64,000 bases of DNA. Origin: an uncultured Gammaproteobacteria bacterium (lineage in GTDB: Bacteria > Pseudomonadota > Gammaproteobacteria > GCA-002705445 > GCA-002716945). Below the pieces are notes generated by a model, which worked only from the letters and a program-made list of their open reading frames with translations, did no database searches and was not told the origin of the DNA. This document shows, one piece after another, positions 9,757 through 19,304 of this stretch. The translations under genes were made by a program, and so were the position numbers. Within the stretch, counting starts at the first letter, position 1. The number at the start of each line of letters is the position of its first letter. The stretch spans positions 52,877 through 116,876 of the forward strand of contig CACOMO010000004.1 in assembly GCA_902628335.1 (NCBI GenBank), read 5' to 3'.

Positions 9757-10206
9757 CTATTTTTTCCCTGAGGAGCCAAAACCTCCCTCACCTCTTACAG
9801 TTTTTTTGAATTCCTCTACAATTTCAAGTTCAGGTTGACTGACATTTATAAAAACTAATTGAGCAATTCTATCATATGGTTCAATTGTGTATGTAATTTC
9901 AGAACGATTCCAGCATGAAACCATCAACTCACCCTGATAATCTGAATCAATAAGTCCTAGCAGATTGCCCAGCACTATTCCATGTTTGTGCCCCAGTCCT
10001 GATCTAGGCAGAATAATTCCAGCGTGTTTAGAGTCTTTAATGAATATAGAAATACCAGTTTTTATTAGTTCAGTTTTGCCTGCATAGATTGATAGTGGAT
10101 CTTTTAACGAAGCCCTCAGATCAATTCCAGCAGATCCTTTCGTAGCATATTTGGGCAACTCAGGTAAGTTCTTATCAGTGACTTTAATACTAATTCTATC
10201 AAGCAT
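9757..10206 (-). CDS. dut: dUTP diphosphatase
   Basis: [23 protein letters not shown] and [10 protein letters not shown] motifs. Confidence 0.97.
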   Translation of the reverse strand: MLDRISIKVTDKNLPELPKYATKGSAGIDLRASLKDPLSIYAGKTELIKTGISIFIKDSKHAGIILPRSGLGHKHGIVLGNLLGLIDSDYQGELMVSCWNRSEITYTIEPYDRIAQLVFINVSQPELEIVEEFKKTVRGEGGFGSSGKK

Positions 10207-11425
10207 TTTTTTTTGATCTTTTTCTTATTACAAAATATTCTTTATGAATCTTTTTTAAAATTCTATATGCTATATCAATTTTTCTTGAAGAATCTATTTC
10301 TTCTACGTTCGTATCTTTAGAGATAATAGTAACTTTGTTAAAGTCTGATCCAAAGCCAAGATTTTTCTCATAATTAGCTATATTGGCTATAATCATATCT
10401 ATTTTTTTTGACTGTAATTTTTCTGTTGCATTTTCCAGAAGATTTTCTGTTTCTGCTGCGAAACCAACCGTGAATATATCTGGATATTGTTGAGCAACCG
10501 ACTGCAATATATCACTGCCTCTCTCAAATTCTATAGTAAGTCGATCAGAAGATTTCTTATATTTAGACTTCGAGTATTTGACAGGGCGATAGTCTGAAAT
10601 TGCTGCAGTAGAAATAAATATTTCCGCGTTAGCTATCTCTTGATTAACAATTGCCCTCATATCATCTGATGTCTCAACATAAGTTGTCTCAATGCCTTCT
10701 AATTTATTTAGAGAAGTTGGCCCTGAGATAAGATTTACTTCTGCACCTAGTTGTTTTGCAACAAGTGCAATTGCATATCCCATTTTACCAGAACTATAAT
10801 TACTTATAAATCTAACAGGGTCTAGAGGCTCTCTCGTCGGTCCAGCTGTAATAAGAAACTTAATACCAGATAAAATCTTCTGTGCTTGAAAATTTTCTAG
10901 TTGTTCAATAATGTGTTCTGTTGAACACATTCTTCCATAACCTGTGTCTCCACAAGCATGTTTTCCGTAATCGGGTCCGATAATGTTGATGTTATTTTGT
11001 TCTAATTTTTCTACGCTCGATTGTGTAATCTTATTTGTCCACATTTCTGGATTCATAGCTGGAACGATAAATAATTTTTTGTTGTACGCAAGGCAAACAG
11101 TAGTCAATAAATCATCTCCAACACCATTAGCAATTTTATTCATTAGATTTGCAGTACAGGGAGCTATTACTAAAATATCTGCCCATTTTGCTAAATCTAA
11201 GTGTTTAAAATTAGATATTTTGGATTTGCTATTTTCATTTATTACTTCGTTGCCCGATAAAGATTCTAGAGTTGTAACTGTAACAAATTTAGCAGAACTT
11301 GTGGTCATAATGGCTTTAACATTTGCTCCACATGATTTAAGTTTGCTTATCAGATCTGCCGCTTTATATGCCGCTATACTGCCAGATATCCCGATAAGTA
11401 TATTTTTATTTTCTAAAATTTTCAT
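10199..11425 (-). CDS. coaBC: Phosphopantothenoylcysteine decarboxylase/ligase CoaBC
   Basis: [40 protein letters not shown] and GFAAET motifs. Confidence 0.97.
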   Translation of the reverse strand: MKILENKNILIGISGSIAAYKAADLISKLKSCGANVKAIMTTSSAKFVTVTTLESLSGNEVINENSKSKISNFKHLDLAKWADILVIAPCTANLMNKIANGVGDDLLTTVCLAYNKKLFIVPAMNPEMWTNKITQSSVEKLEQNNINIIGPDYGKHACGDTGYGRMCSTEHIIEQLENFQAQKILSGIKFLITAGPTREPLDPVRFISNYSSGKMGYAIALVAKQLGAEVNLISGPTSLNKLEGIETTYVETSDDMRAIVNQEIANAEIFISTAAISDYRPVKYSKSKYKKSSDRLTIEFERGSDILQSVAQQYPDIFTVGFAAETENLLENATEKLQSKKIDMIIANIANYEKNLGFGSDFNKVTIISKDTNVEEIDSSRKIDIAYRILKKIHKEYFVIRKRSKKNA

Positions 11426-11450
11426 AATCTGGTACGAATTATTGATTATT

Positions 11451-12605
11451 TTATATTGTTTTCAAGAAATACAATAGTCTTTCTATGTCTTTTGTGCTGT
11501 GACTAGAGGTGAGACTGATCCTGATTAAATCATTATTTTTTGGCACAGTAGGGTATCTTATAGCTTGAATGTAAATGCCTGCTTTTAGCGCAGATTCTTG
11601 TATTTTTTTTAAATATCTAGGGTCGCCTATTACTATTGTTTGAATAGGAGATTCAGATTCCTGTACTTTGATGCTCTCTTTTTTCGCGATCTGTTTAAAA
11701 AATTTAATATTTTCAGTTAACTTTTTGTTGAGTGATTTGTTTTTTTTGATATGTCTGAGGCTTTCAAGTACTGTGCCTGCAAGAGACGCAGGTAATGCCG
11801 TAGAATATATATAAGGTTTTGATTTTTGTATTACTAATTCTATAATATCATTTTTACCAGAAATGAATGATCCAAATACTCCCACAGCTTTACCAAAAGT
11901 TCCTATGTAAGCATCAATATTGATATCATTGTTATTATACATTGATAAACTTGAGGGAAAGCTATCAGAATTATCTTGTATAACGCCAAATCCATGAGCG
12001 TCATCAACGACTAGAAGAGCATCATTCTCACCAGCAATTGCTGATATTTTTTTCAAATCACTAAATTCACCTGTCATACTAAACACTGCGTCAACATATA
12101 TTATTTTGAGATATTTTTTTATTTTTTTTATCTTTTGATCTAAATCCGAATAATCTTTATGTTTGAATCGGATTAATTGTGATTTTGTTAATCTTGTTCC
12201 TTCGATTATAGAATTATGATTCATCTTGTCTTGGAATATCACGACATCCTTATCTGATAATGCGTTTATTAGGCCAACATTCGCCAAATATCCTGAATTC
12301 ACTACAACCGTTGAATCTAGTTTTGTCAGTTGAGTTAATTCATCTTCAAGTTCTTTATGTTGAGAAGAATAACCACTTATCAAAGGAGAAGATCCAGACC
12401 CTACGCCAAATTTTTTTATTTTTTTATAAAACACCTCTTTTAAGTATTCACTGTTAGCAAGACCAAGATAATCATTACTTGTGAAATTAAGTACTTTTTT
12501 GTTCTCAATAAGCACATATCTATCTTGAGGTGAATCTACAGCCACCCTCTCTCTGAAGTAACCATTTTTTCTAAGATTAGTTAAAATATTTGAGTAATCA
12601 AACAC
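11451..12605 (-). CDS. bioF: 8-amino-7-oxononanoate synthase (GTG start)
   Basis: SNDYLGL, VDDAHG and the PLP lysine motif GTFGKA; follows bioB. Confidence 0.92.
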   Translation of the reverse strand: MFDYSNILTNLRKNGYFRERVAVDSPQDRYVLIENKKVLNFTSNDYLGLANSEYLKEVFYKKIKKFGVGSGSSPLISGYSSQHKELEDELTQLTKLDSTVVVNSGYLANVGLINALSDKDVVIFQDKMNHNSIIEGTRLTKSQLIRFKHKDYSDLDQKIKKIKKYLKIIYVDAVFSMTGEFSDLKKISAIAGENDALLVVDDAHGFGVIQDNSDSFPSSLSMYNNNDINIDAYIGTFGKAVGVFGSFISGKNDIIELVIQKSKPYIYSTALPASLAGTVLESLRHIKKNKSLNKKLTENIKFFKQIAKKESIKVQESESPIQTIVIGDPRYLKKIQESALKAGIYIQAIRYPTVPKNNDLIRISLTSSHSTKDIERLLYFLKTI

Positions 12606-12608
12606 AAA

Positions 12609-13559
12609 TTATAGAGCCCCGATTTTGAGTTTTCGCATTAGTTCTTGATCGTGTTGAATCGATGAATTTTTTGTTGTTAAAAGCTCTTCTCCATAAAAAA
12701 TAGAATTTGCTCCAGCAAAGAAACATAAGGCTTGAGTTTGGTCATTCATAGAATCTCTTCCTGCTGATAATCTTACCATAGAATATGGCATAGCAATTCT
12801 TGCAAGAGCAATAATCCTTATAAAATCAAAATCATCCACATTTTGATTTTCTGAGAAAGGAGTTCCCTCTACTCTTACCAGTTTATTTATTGGTACTGAT
12901 TCGGGTTGAACATCCAGATTTGCAAGTACATGTAATAACTTTATTCTATCTTCATGTTCTTCACCTAATCCTAAAATACCACCGCAACATACTTTGATGT
13001 CAGCATCTCTAACATTCTTGATCGTGTTGAGACGATCTTGATATGTTCTTGTTGTCACAACCTTATTGTAATATTCTTCAGATGTGTCTAGATTATGATT
13101 GTAATAATCCAAACCTGCATCTTTGAGAGTTTGTGCTTGATCACTTGTTAACATACCTAATGTGACACAGCTCTCTAAGCCAAGAGCTTTGACCCCTCTG
13201 ACCATCCCAACTATTTTATCTAGGTTGCTGTTGTTGAGGTTTCTCCAAGCAGCTCCCATGCAAAATCTAGACGCTCCATTTTTTTTAGCTTCTTGAGCTT
13301 GTTTGAGTACTTCGTTTAAGGATAACGTTTTTTCTAATTTTATATTTGTATCATAGCGAATACTTTGAGAGCAATATTTACAATCTTCTGGACAACCACC
13401 AGTTTTGACTGACATTAACGTTGAAATCTGTACTTTGTTAGGATCGTGATATTTTCTATGTATTTGATGGGCTTGCCAAAGAAGATCATTAAATGGCAAA
13501 TTATATTTTGCTTTCAATTCTTCTAAAGTCCAATTATTCTTTTGATCCAAATTTTTCAT
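12609..13559 (-). CDS. bioB: Biotin synthase
   Basis: Radical SAM motif [23 protein letters not shown] and VRLSAGR. Confidence 0.98.
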   Translation of the reverse strand: MKNLDQKNNWTLEELKAKYNLPFNDLLWQAHQIHRKYHDPNKVQISTLMSVKTGGCPEDCKYCSQSIRYDTNIKLEKTLSLNEVLKQAQEAKKNGASRFCMGAAWRNLNNSNLDKIVGMVRGVKALGLESCVTLGMLTSDQAQTLKDAGLDYYNHNLDTSEEYYNKVVTTRTYQDRLNTIKNVRDADIKVCCGGILGLGEEHEDRIKLLHVLANLDVQPESVPINKLVRVEGTPFSENQNVDDFDFIRIIALARIAMPYSMVRLSAGRDSMNDQTQALCFFAGANSIFYGEELLTTKNSSIQHDQELMRKLKIGAL

Positions 13560-13564
13560 AAATA

Positions 13565-14434
13565 CTAGAGATAATTAAATATTAGACCAAAAGTAACTAT
13601 TAATCCAAATATATTATTATTTTCAAAAGCTGATATACATTGATAAGGAATTCTATTACTAGCCAGTATATTTTGGTAGATTATACATAAACAGGACAAC
13701 AGTATGCAGAAATAGTAAAAAAATCCAAAATTATTCAATATGCCTATAAACAAAAATATCCAAACAACTGAAAAATGTAGATACTTGGAAAATTTAATAT
13801 CATTACTACCAAAAAAAATAGCCGAAGATTGTACGCCAACTTTCTCATCATCCTTTTTGTCAGCCATGGCGTAGTACGTATCATAGACGATTGCCCAAAT
13901 AACTGTTAAAAAATATAACAGAAAGCAATTAAGATTCATATCACCTGTTTCAACAATAAACACCATTGGTATGCTAGATCCAAATGCTAGGCCTAATATA
14001 AGCTGAGGTATTTTGAAAAATCTTTTCATGAGTGGGTATACTAATAATAGAAAAAAAGATAATATCGCGAAAATTAAAATTTCTAAACCCAGCATTAATA
14101 ATAAAGATAAGCAGACAAGCATTAAAATTGTAAAAATACTCAATGCTTCTCTATTTGTTACTTTGCTACTTGCTAGAACTCTTGTCTTTGTTCTCTCAAC
14201 TTTCTTGTCAATATCTTGATCAAAATAATCATTTATAATGCATCCTGCAGATCTAGTAGCGATAATGCCGATGGCAAAAATTAACATATAGATCAGACTG
14301 GGCTGACCTTCTGTAGATATAAGAAAAGCCCAAAGAACAGGCCACATCAATAAATAAAAGCCAATTGGTTTGTCTACTCTCATGAGTTCAAGATAAAGCT
14401 TTATCTTATTGCGATCTATATTATATTTTCCCAT
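13565..14434 (-). CDS. ubiA: 4-hydroxybenzoate octaprenyltransferase (likely ATG at 14434)
   Basis: [29 protein letters not shown] and [13 protein letters not shown] motifs. Confidence 0.95.
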   Translation of the reverse strand: MGKYNIDRNKIKLYLELMRVDKPIGFYLLMWPVLWAFLISTEGQPSLIYMLIFAIGIIATRSAGCIINDYFDQDIDKKVERTKTRVLASSKVTNREALSIFTILMLVCLSLLLMLGLEILIFAILSFFLLLVYPLMKRFFKIPQLILGLAFGSSIPMVFIVETGDMNLNCFLLYFLTVIWAIVYDTYYAMADKKDDEKVGVQSSAIFFGSNDIKFSKYLHFSVVWIFLFIGILNNFGFFYYFCILLSCLCIIYQNILASNRIPYQCISAFENNNIFGLIVTFGLIFNYL

Positions 14435-14969
14435 CAATACCCATCTGGAAGTATTTGTGAATAATCGAATCTTGATTTTTAAGTAACCAATCAATATCTG
14501 GTTTATTTGTCATTGCCTTATGTATTGCTGATGACGTGGCTTTTCTGTGAATATCAAACAAAACTTTATGATCTAAATTATCATCTTTCGAAACAGATGG
14601 ATTGAGCCAAACCGAAACAATGATTCCAAGATCGTTAACTCTGTCTTTCGGAATGTCATTATTCTTAATGGAGTCAAGAACACCATTAGCAATAGCAGCT
14701 TGAACTGTACCCATTAAAATATTTGTATATCTATTATCATTAACTGTGACTTTACTTACCATTAGCGTCGGAGGTCTTACCATGATATCTGTATTCATTA
14801 TAGCTAACACTTTTGAGTGTCCTTTAGTCTGATTACCCATTAAGTTTGCAAAAGCTGTCCCAAAGGGACCATCCATCTCACCTATGACAACTTCTGGTTC
14901 AGCAGCCGTTCCAGGAGGACCACCCGCGACAAGGGCTTCGCCAACTCTTAAAGTTATTTTTTCACTCAT
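14421..14969 (-). CDS. fae: Formaldehyde-activating enzyme (Fae) homolog, non-canonical clade
   Basis: VGEALV, P.TLMVSKVT, GTVQAAIANGVLD and DLGIIVSVW match the Fae fold; AHID is replaced by AEPE. Confidence 0.85.
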   Translation of the reverse strand: MSEKITLRVGEALVAGGPPGTAAEPEVVIGEMDGPFGTAFANLMGNQTKGHSKVLAIMNTDIMVRPPTLMVSKVTVNDNRYTNILMGTVQAAIANGVLDSIKNNDIPKDRVNDLGIIVSVWLNPSVSKDDNLDHKVLFDIHRKATSSAIHKAMTNKPDIDWLLKNQDSIIHKYFQMGIDGKI

Positions 14970-15031
14970 AATTTTTTCCTTTCATATTTTTATGACTATA
15001 ATATATGTTAAGTAAAAGAAATGAAAATATA

Positions 15032-15559
15032 ATGATAAGATCTTTCGAAAATAATTATCCAGATATCTCAAAATCTGCTTATATTGATGAGCAATCGACT
15101 GTTATAGGGAATGTGAAAATAGGTGATGATAGTGCAATGTGGCCACAGTCTGTTGCAAGAGGTGATATTAATCCAATCATTATTGGAGCAAGAACAAACA
15201 TTCAAGACGGGTCAATCATCCATGTAACACATAAAAGTGATTACTCAGTGGGATTCAGCGTTACTATAGGTGATGATGTTACTGTGGGTCATTCAGTAAT
15301 AATACATGCATGTCAAATCGGTAATCGAGTTTTGGTAGGAATGGGTAGTATCATTTTGGATGGTAGTGAAATACCAAATGAAGTAATGATTGGTGCTGGC
15401 TCTTTAATTAGTCCTGGAAAGAAACTCGAGAGTGGCTTTCTATATCTAGGCTCACCTGCAAAAAAAGTAAGAGAGCTAAATGATAACGAGAAAAACTTTC
15501 TTTTATATTCAGCAAAAAGTTACGTTGACTTAAAAAATAGACATATCACAAAGATCTAA
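15032..15559 (+). CDS. Gamma carbonic anhydrase family protein (YrdA-like)
   Basis: RGD, TNIQDG.IIH and VTVGH..IIH hexapeptide repeats; next to aroE. Confidence 0.92.
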   Translation: MIRSFENNYPDISKSAYIDEQSTVIGNVKIGDDSAMWPQSVARGDINPIIIGARTNIQDGSIIHVTHKSDYSVGFSVTIGDDVTVGHSVIIHACQIGNRVLVGMGSIILDGSEIPNEVMIGAGSLISPGKKLESGFLYLGSPAKKVRELNDNEKNFLLYSAKSYVDLKNRHITKI

Positions 15560-16352
15560 TCTTATCTTCAACAGGATCAGTGTTGGGCAGAAATTTATTC
15601 CAAATCTCATATGACAGAGCTGCCTGATGAACAAGCATGCCAATACCATCCAGAGTTTCTGAGGCACCCATACTCTCTGACCATAATTGAAATTTTGTCT
15701 TTTTACGTGAATAGAAAAGATCATAACTAATCGCTTCATTTTTGAATATGTCGCTTGGAAAAGGGATTTCTAAATTGCTCATACTTATTGGTGTTGTGTT
15801 AATGACTAGATTATAGCTATCATTTTCTGAGTAGTGAGAAATTCTCTTTTTATCTTTAAAGTTTTTAATAATATCCTCTATCTTACTTTGAGTTCTACTT
15901 AATATTGAAATGCCTGTAATATTTTCAGAGCACAACGAATTTACAATGCTACGGGCTGACCCACCTGCTCCTAAAATAAGGATATTCATATCAGTTACAA
16001 TTATATTTTTTTTCTTTAAATCATTAACGAACCCCTGCCCATCTGTATTAAATGCTTTTATTATTCCTTCATCATACCAGAGGGTATTTGAGCATTGACA
16101 GATATCGCTTATCTCATCTTTTGTATCAGCAAAGTTATATGCTTGATCTTTAAATGGAATCGTAACATTTGCTCCAACCCCTTTCTTGGAAAAAAAACTT
16201 TGAGCATGTGTCTCAAAGTCATTACTTTCTGGCTCTATGGCTTTGTACTGTATATTGAGTTTTTGCTCTTTAGCAAACTCTTTGTGAATAAATGGTGATA
16301 AGCTGTGACTAATAGGGTTACCAAAAACTGCAAATTTTTTTATTTCATCCAT
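15546..16352 (-). CDS. aroE: Shikimate dehydrogenase
   Basis: GNPISHSLSP.IH, ANVTIPFK, NTDG, GAGGSA and GMLVHQAA motifs. Confidence 0.95.
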   Translation of the reverse strand: MDEIKKFAVFGNPISHSLSPFIHKEFAKEQKLNIQYKAIEPESNDFETHAQSFFSKKGVGANVTIPFKDQAYNFADTKDEISDICQCSNTLWYDEGIIKAFNTDGQGFVNDLKKKNIIVTDMNILILGAGGSARSIVNSLCSENITGISILSRTQSKIEDIIKNFKDKKRISHYSENDSYNLVINTTPISMSNLEIPFPSDIFKNEAISYDLFYSRKKTKFQLWSESMGASETLDGIGMLVHQAALSYEIWNKFLPNTDPVEDKIRSL

Positions 16353-17332
16353 TTTAGTGCTTCTTTAGCATAATACGTGATTATAGCAGTAGCGCCTGCT
16401 CTTTTGATACATGCTAATGTCTCCATGACAATTTTCTTTTCATTTAACCACCCTTTTTGGGATACTGCTTTCATCATAGAATACTCTCCGCTGACTTGGT
16501 AGACAAATATAGGTATATTCAGTTTTTCTTTTATTCTTTGGACAATGTCTAGATAAGGTAGCCCTGGCTTTATCATAACAAAATCGGCTCCTTCATTTAT
16601 ATCTAGCTCTACTTCTCTTAGAGCATCCCCAGTATTTGCATAATCCATTTGATAGCTGTCTTTGCTCTTAGTGCCTAGACTCTTTATCGATCCCACAGCA
16701 TCCCTAAAAGGCCCATAAAAATTAGATGAGTATTTTGCGGAATACGCAAGGATCATTGTGTCCACAAATTTATTTCTCTCAAGTATCTCTCGAATTTTCA
16801 ATACTCTCCCATCCATCATGTCAGATGGGGCTATTATGTCTGCACCAGATTTTGCATGACTCAACGCTTGTTTCGTCAGTACTTCGACTGTCTCATCATT
16901 TAATATTTTTCCTTTTTTAGAAAGTATCCCATCTTGACCATGAGTTGTGTATGGATCTAATGCAACATCGCTAATAATAGTACTCTTGGGGACCTTTTTT
17001 TTAATCTCACGAATCGCCCTTTGAATTAATCCATCATCGTTATATGCTTCGCTTGCTTGATTACTTTTTTTTCTTCTATTAATTTGCGGAAAAAGTGCTA
17101 CTGCACCAATACCATTTTTTGTCAAAACTCTAATTTCTTTAACTGCCATATCAATTGAATATCTATTAATACCAGGCATGGATGAAATTTTCTGAATTTT
17201 ATTTTTACCTTCTGTTATAAAGATTGGTTGAATTAAATCGGAACCACAAAGGTTAGTTTCACGTACAAGCTTTCTAATCCCACTAGTGGATCTGAGCCTA
17301 CGCATTCTAATGTTCGGAAAACTTTTTTTCAT
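16340..17332 (-). CDS. hemB: Porphobilinogen synthase (Zn-independent Asp-rich type)
   Basis: RMRRLR, DVALDPYTTHGQDG, APSDMMDGR, FYGPFRDA and YQVSGEY motifs. Confidence 0.97.
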   Translation of the reverse strand: MKKSFPNIRMRRLRSTSGIRKLVRETNLCGSDLIQPIFITEGKNKIQKISSMPGINRYSIDMAVKEIRVLTKNGIGAVALFPQINRRKKSNQASEAYNDDGLIQRAIREIKKKVPKSTIISDVALDPYTTHGQDGILSKKGKILNDETVEVLTKQALSHAKSGADIIAPSDMMDGRVLKIREILERNKFVDTMILAYSAKYSSNFYGPFRDAVGSIKSLGTKSKDSYQMDYANTGDALREVELDINEGADFVMIKPGLPYLDIVQRIKEKLNIPIFVYQVSGEYSMMKAVSQKGWLNEKKIVMETLACIKRAGATAIITYYAKEALKWMK

Positions 17333-17407
17333 ATTAAACTCTGATATTTTTTATTTTAAGAGAAGATGGTATATTTATCTATCAAGAATTGTAACATTGG
17401 AGGTTTT

Positions 17408-17887
17408 ATGAGCATTTGGCACGAGGAATTTACTCTCGATCACGTAATTTCACTAAGAAATAACAATATGAACAAACACTTACGTATTGAATTCATAGAA
17501 CTTGGGGATGATTATATTATTGCAAGAATGCCAGTTGAGGACATTACAAGACAATCTCGTGGAGTTCTTCATGGTGGAGCCTCCTGTGTTTTGGCGGAAT
17601 CACTCGGTAGCATAGCATCTAATATGTGTATTGATATGAGAAAACAAAAAGCTGTTGGTCTCGAAATCAATGCTAACCATCTTCGCCCTGTAGCGGATGG
17701 TTTCGTTACAGGAAAAACAACTGCAGTCAGTTTAGGTAAGAATGTTCACGTCTGGAACATCGATATACGAAATGATAAGGGTAAGCTAAATTGTGTCTCA
17801 AGACTTACAACTGCTATTGTTAATTTAAATGATGATGATGCCAAGACCAATAAAGAAATGTTAGAGACTTTACTGAGTAAATCTTAG
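17408..17887 (+). CDS. PaaI/MenI-like hotdog-fold thioesterase
   Basis: GVLHGGASCVLAESLGS and GLEINANHLR motifs; GGAGG SD before the ATG at 17408. Confidence 0.88.
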   Translation: MSIWHEEFTLDHVISLRNNNMNKHLRIEFIELGDDYIIARMPVEDITRQSRGVLHGGASCVLAESLGSIASNMCIDMRKQKAVGLEINANHLRPVADGFVTGKTTAVSLGKNVHVWNIDIRNDKGKLNCVSRLTTAIVNLNDDDAKTNKEMLETLLSKS

Positions 17888-18750
17888 ATATATTTTTTAA
17901 GTTCAACCTCATATTTTTTGAAGACTTGATCTTTGTTCGATGACCATCTCACATTTGGTGGGAGAGACATTAAAATGGATTCTGCTCTACCACCCGATTG
18001 AAGACCAAAAACAGTTCCACGGTCATACAACAAGTTAAATTCAACATACCTACCTCTTCTGAAGAGCTGGAAGTCTTTTTGTTTTTTATCATACCTTCGT
18101 TTATGACGATTCTTGATAATTTCAGTATAGCTCTCTAAATATGTATTCATGACCTTCGAAAGATAAGTGAAGTATTCTTCTTTAGATAGTTCATTAAGAT
18201 TATCAAAAAATATTCCGCCCACACCTCTTTTCTCTCTCCTATGTTTAAGATAGAAATATTCATCACAATCTTTTTTAAATTTTTTATAAAGTTTTCTGTC
18301 AAGCGTATCTGTTATTTTTTTTGCATTATCGTGCCAAAATTTTATATCCTCCGGGAATGGGAAATACGGAGTAAGATCGAATCCGCCGCCAACCCACCAG
18401 GATTTATCTCCAAGTTCAAAATATCTAATATTTAAATGTGAACATGGAACAAATGGATTTTCTGGATGAATAACAATTGACACTCCTGTAGCAGAGAAAC
18501 TCCTCTTAGTTGATGATATTTTTTTAGATAATGCAGAACCTGGAATAATTTTTCCTGAAATGCCCGAAAAATTTACTGCACCTTTCTCTATTATCTTGCC
18601 GCTTGATAATTCTACACTATGACCACCACCCTTCTCTTTGTACTTCCATTTTGTCCTGTTCGTTTTGACCATTTTATCAAGATTCCTAAATGTTCTTATT
18701 GCTTTAGAATGAAGTCCTTTAAACAGTTTCTCTGCGTCCTCGTAACCCAT
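17884..18750 (-). CDS. hemF: Oxygen-dependent coproporphyrinogen III oxidase
   Basis: IHPENPFVP.SH.N.RYF, GGGFDLTP and RGRYVEFNLLYDRGT.FGL motifs. Confidence 0.96.
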   Translation of the reverse strand: MGYEDAEKLFKGLHSKAIRTFRNLDKMVKTNRTKWKYKEKGGGHSVELSSGKIIEKGAVNFSGISGKIIPGSALSKKISSTKRSFSATGVSIVIHPENPFVPCSHLNIRYFELGDKSWWVGGGFDLTPYFPFPEDIKFWHDNAKKITDTLDRKLYKKFKKDCDEYFYLKHRREKRGVGGIFFDNLNELSKEEYFTYLSKVMNTYLESYTEIIKNRHKRRYDKKQKDFQLFRRGRYVEFNLLYDRGTVFGLQSGGRAESILMSLPPNVRWSSNKDQVFKKYEVELKKYI

Positions 18751-18752
18751 GA

Positions 18753-19304
18753 TCAACTCCTAACTATCTTTCCTGTCTCAAAGTCTTTTATCACACTTGG
18801 TTTCAACTCCTGACCTATGTTTCCCTCAACGATAAAATCAATCTCACCTTCAAAAATATTTTTAATCTTTGAAATTTCTTTTATCGGTTCATTCATGCTC
18901 TTATTTGCACTAGTAGATATAATTGGTTTGTTAAAATTTTTGCAGATACTTATAACATCTCTATGTGCTGATACTCTTATTGCTATTTTCTTGGATTCTT
19001 TTTCATACAGCCACTCTGGGCACTCAGCTGAAGCTGGAAGTAACCATGTTGTATGCCCTGGCCATGTTTGCATAACTGTTTTTGTTAAGGATTGATTATC
19101 TACAAGTTTAACTATTTGTGTTAGATGCGAAGCAATTAAAATCATAGGTTTAGTGTTAGGTCTATTTTTAATTTTGAATATCTTTTGGACTGCATCATAA
19201 TTGTATGGGTCACAGCCTATTCCATAAATGCTCTCAGTAGGATACGCTATTATTTTACCTGTTTCTAGATATTTCACAGACTCTAGAGGGCTGCCCACTC
19301 TCAT
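18753..19304 (-). CDS. tsaC: Threonylcarbamoyl-AMP synthase (TsaC/YrdC)
   Basis: IAYPTE..YGIGCDP, K.R...KP, WPG.TT and STSAN motifs. Confidence 0.92.
   Translation of the reverse strand: MRVGSPLESVKYLETGKIIAYPTESIYGIGCDPYNYDAVQKIFKIKNRPNTKPMILIASHLTQIVKLVDNQSLTKTVMQTWPGHTTWLLPASAECPEWLYEKESKKIAIRVSAHRDVISICKNFNKPIISTSANKSMNEPIKEISKIKNIFEGEIDFIVEGNIGQELKPSVIKDFETGKIVRS

Noticed and set aside
10983-11477. 164-aa ORF antisense to coaBC and the many similar 60-130 aa nested ORFs in the track
   Set aside because: They lie opposite or within well-supported genes and have no recognisable motifs.
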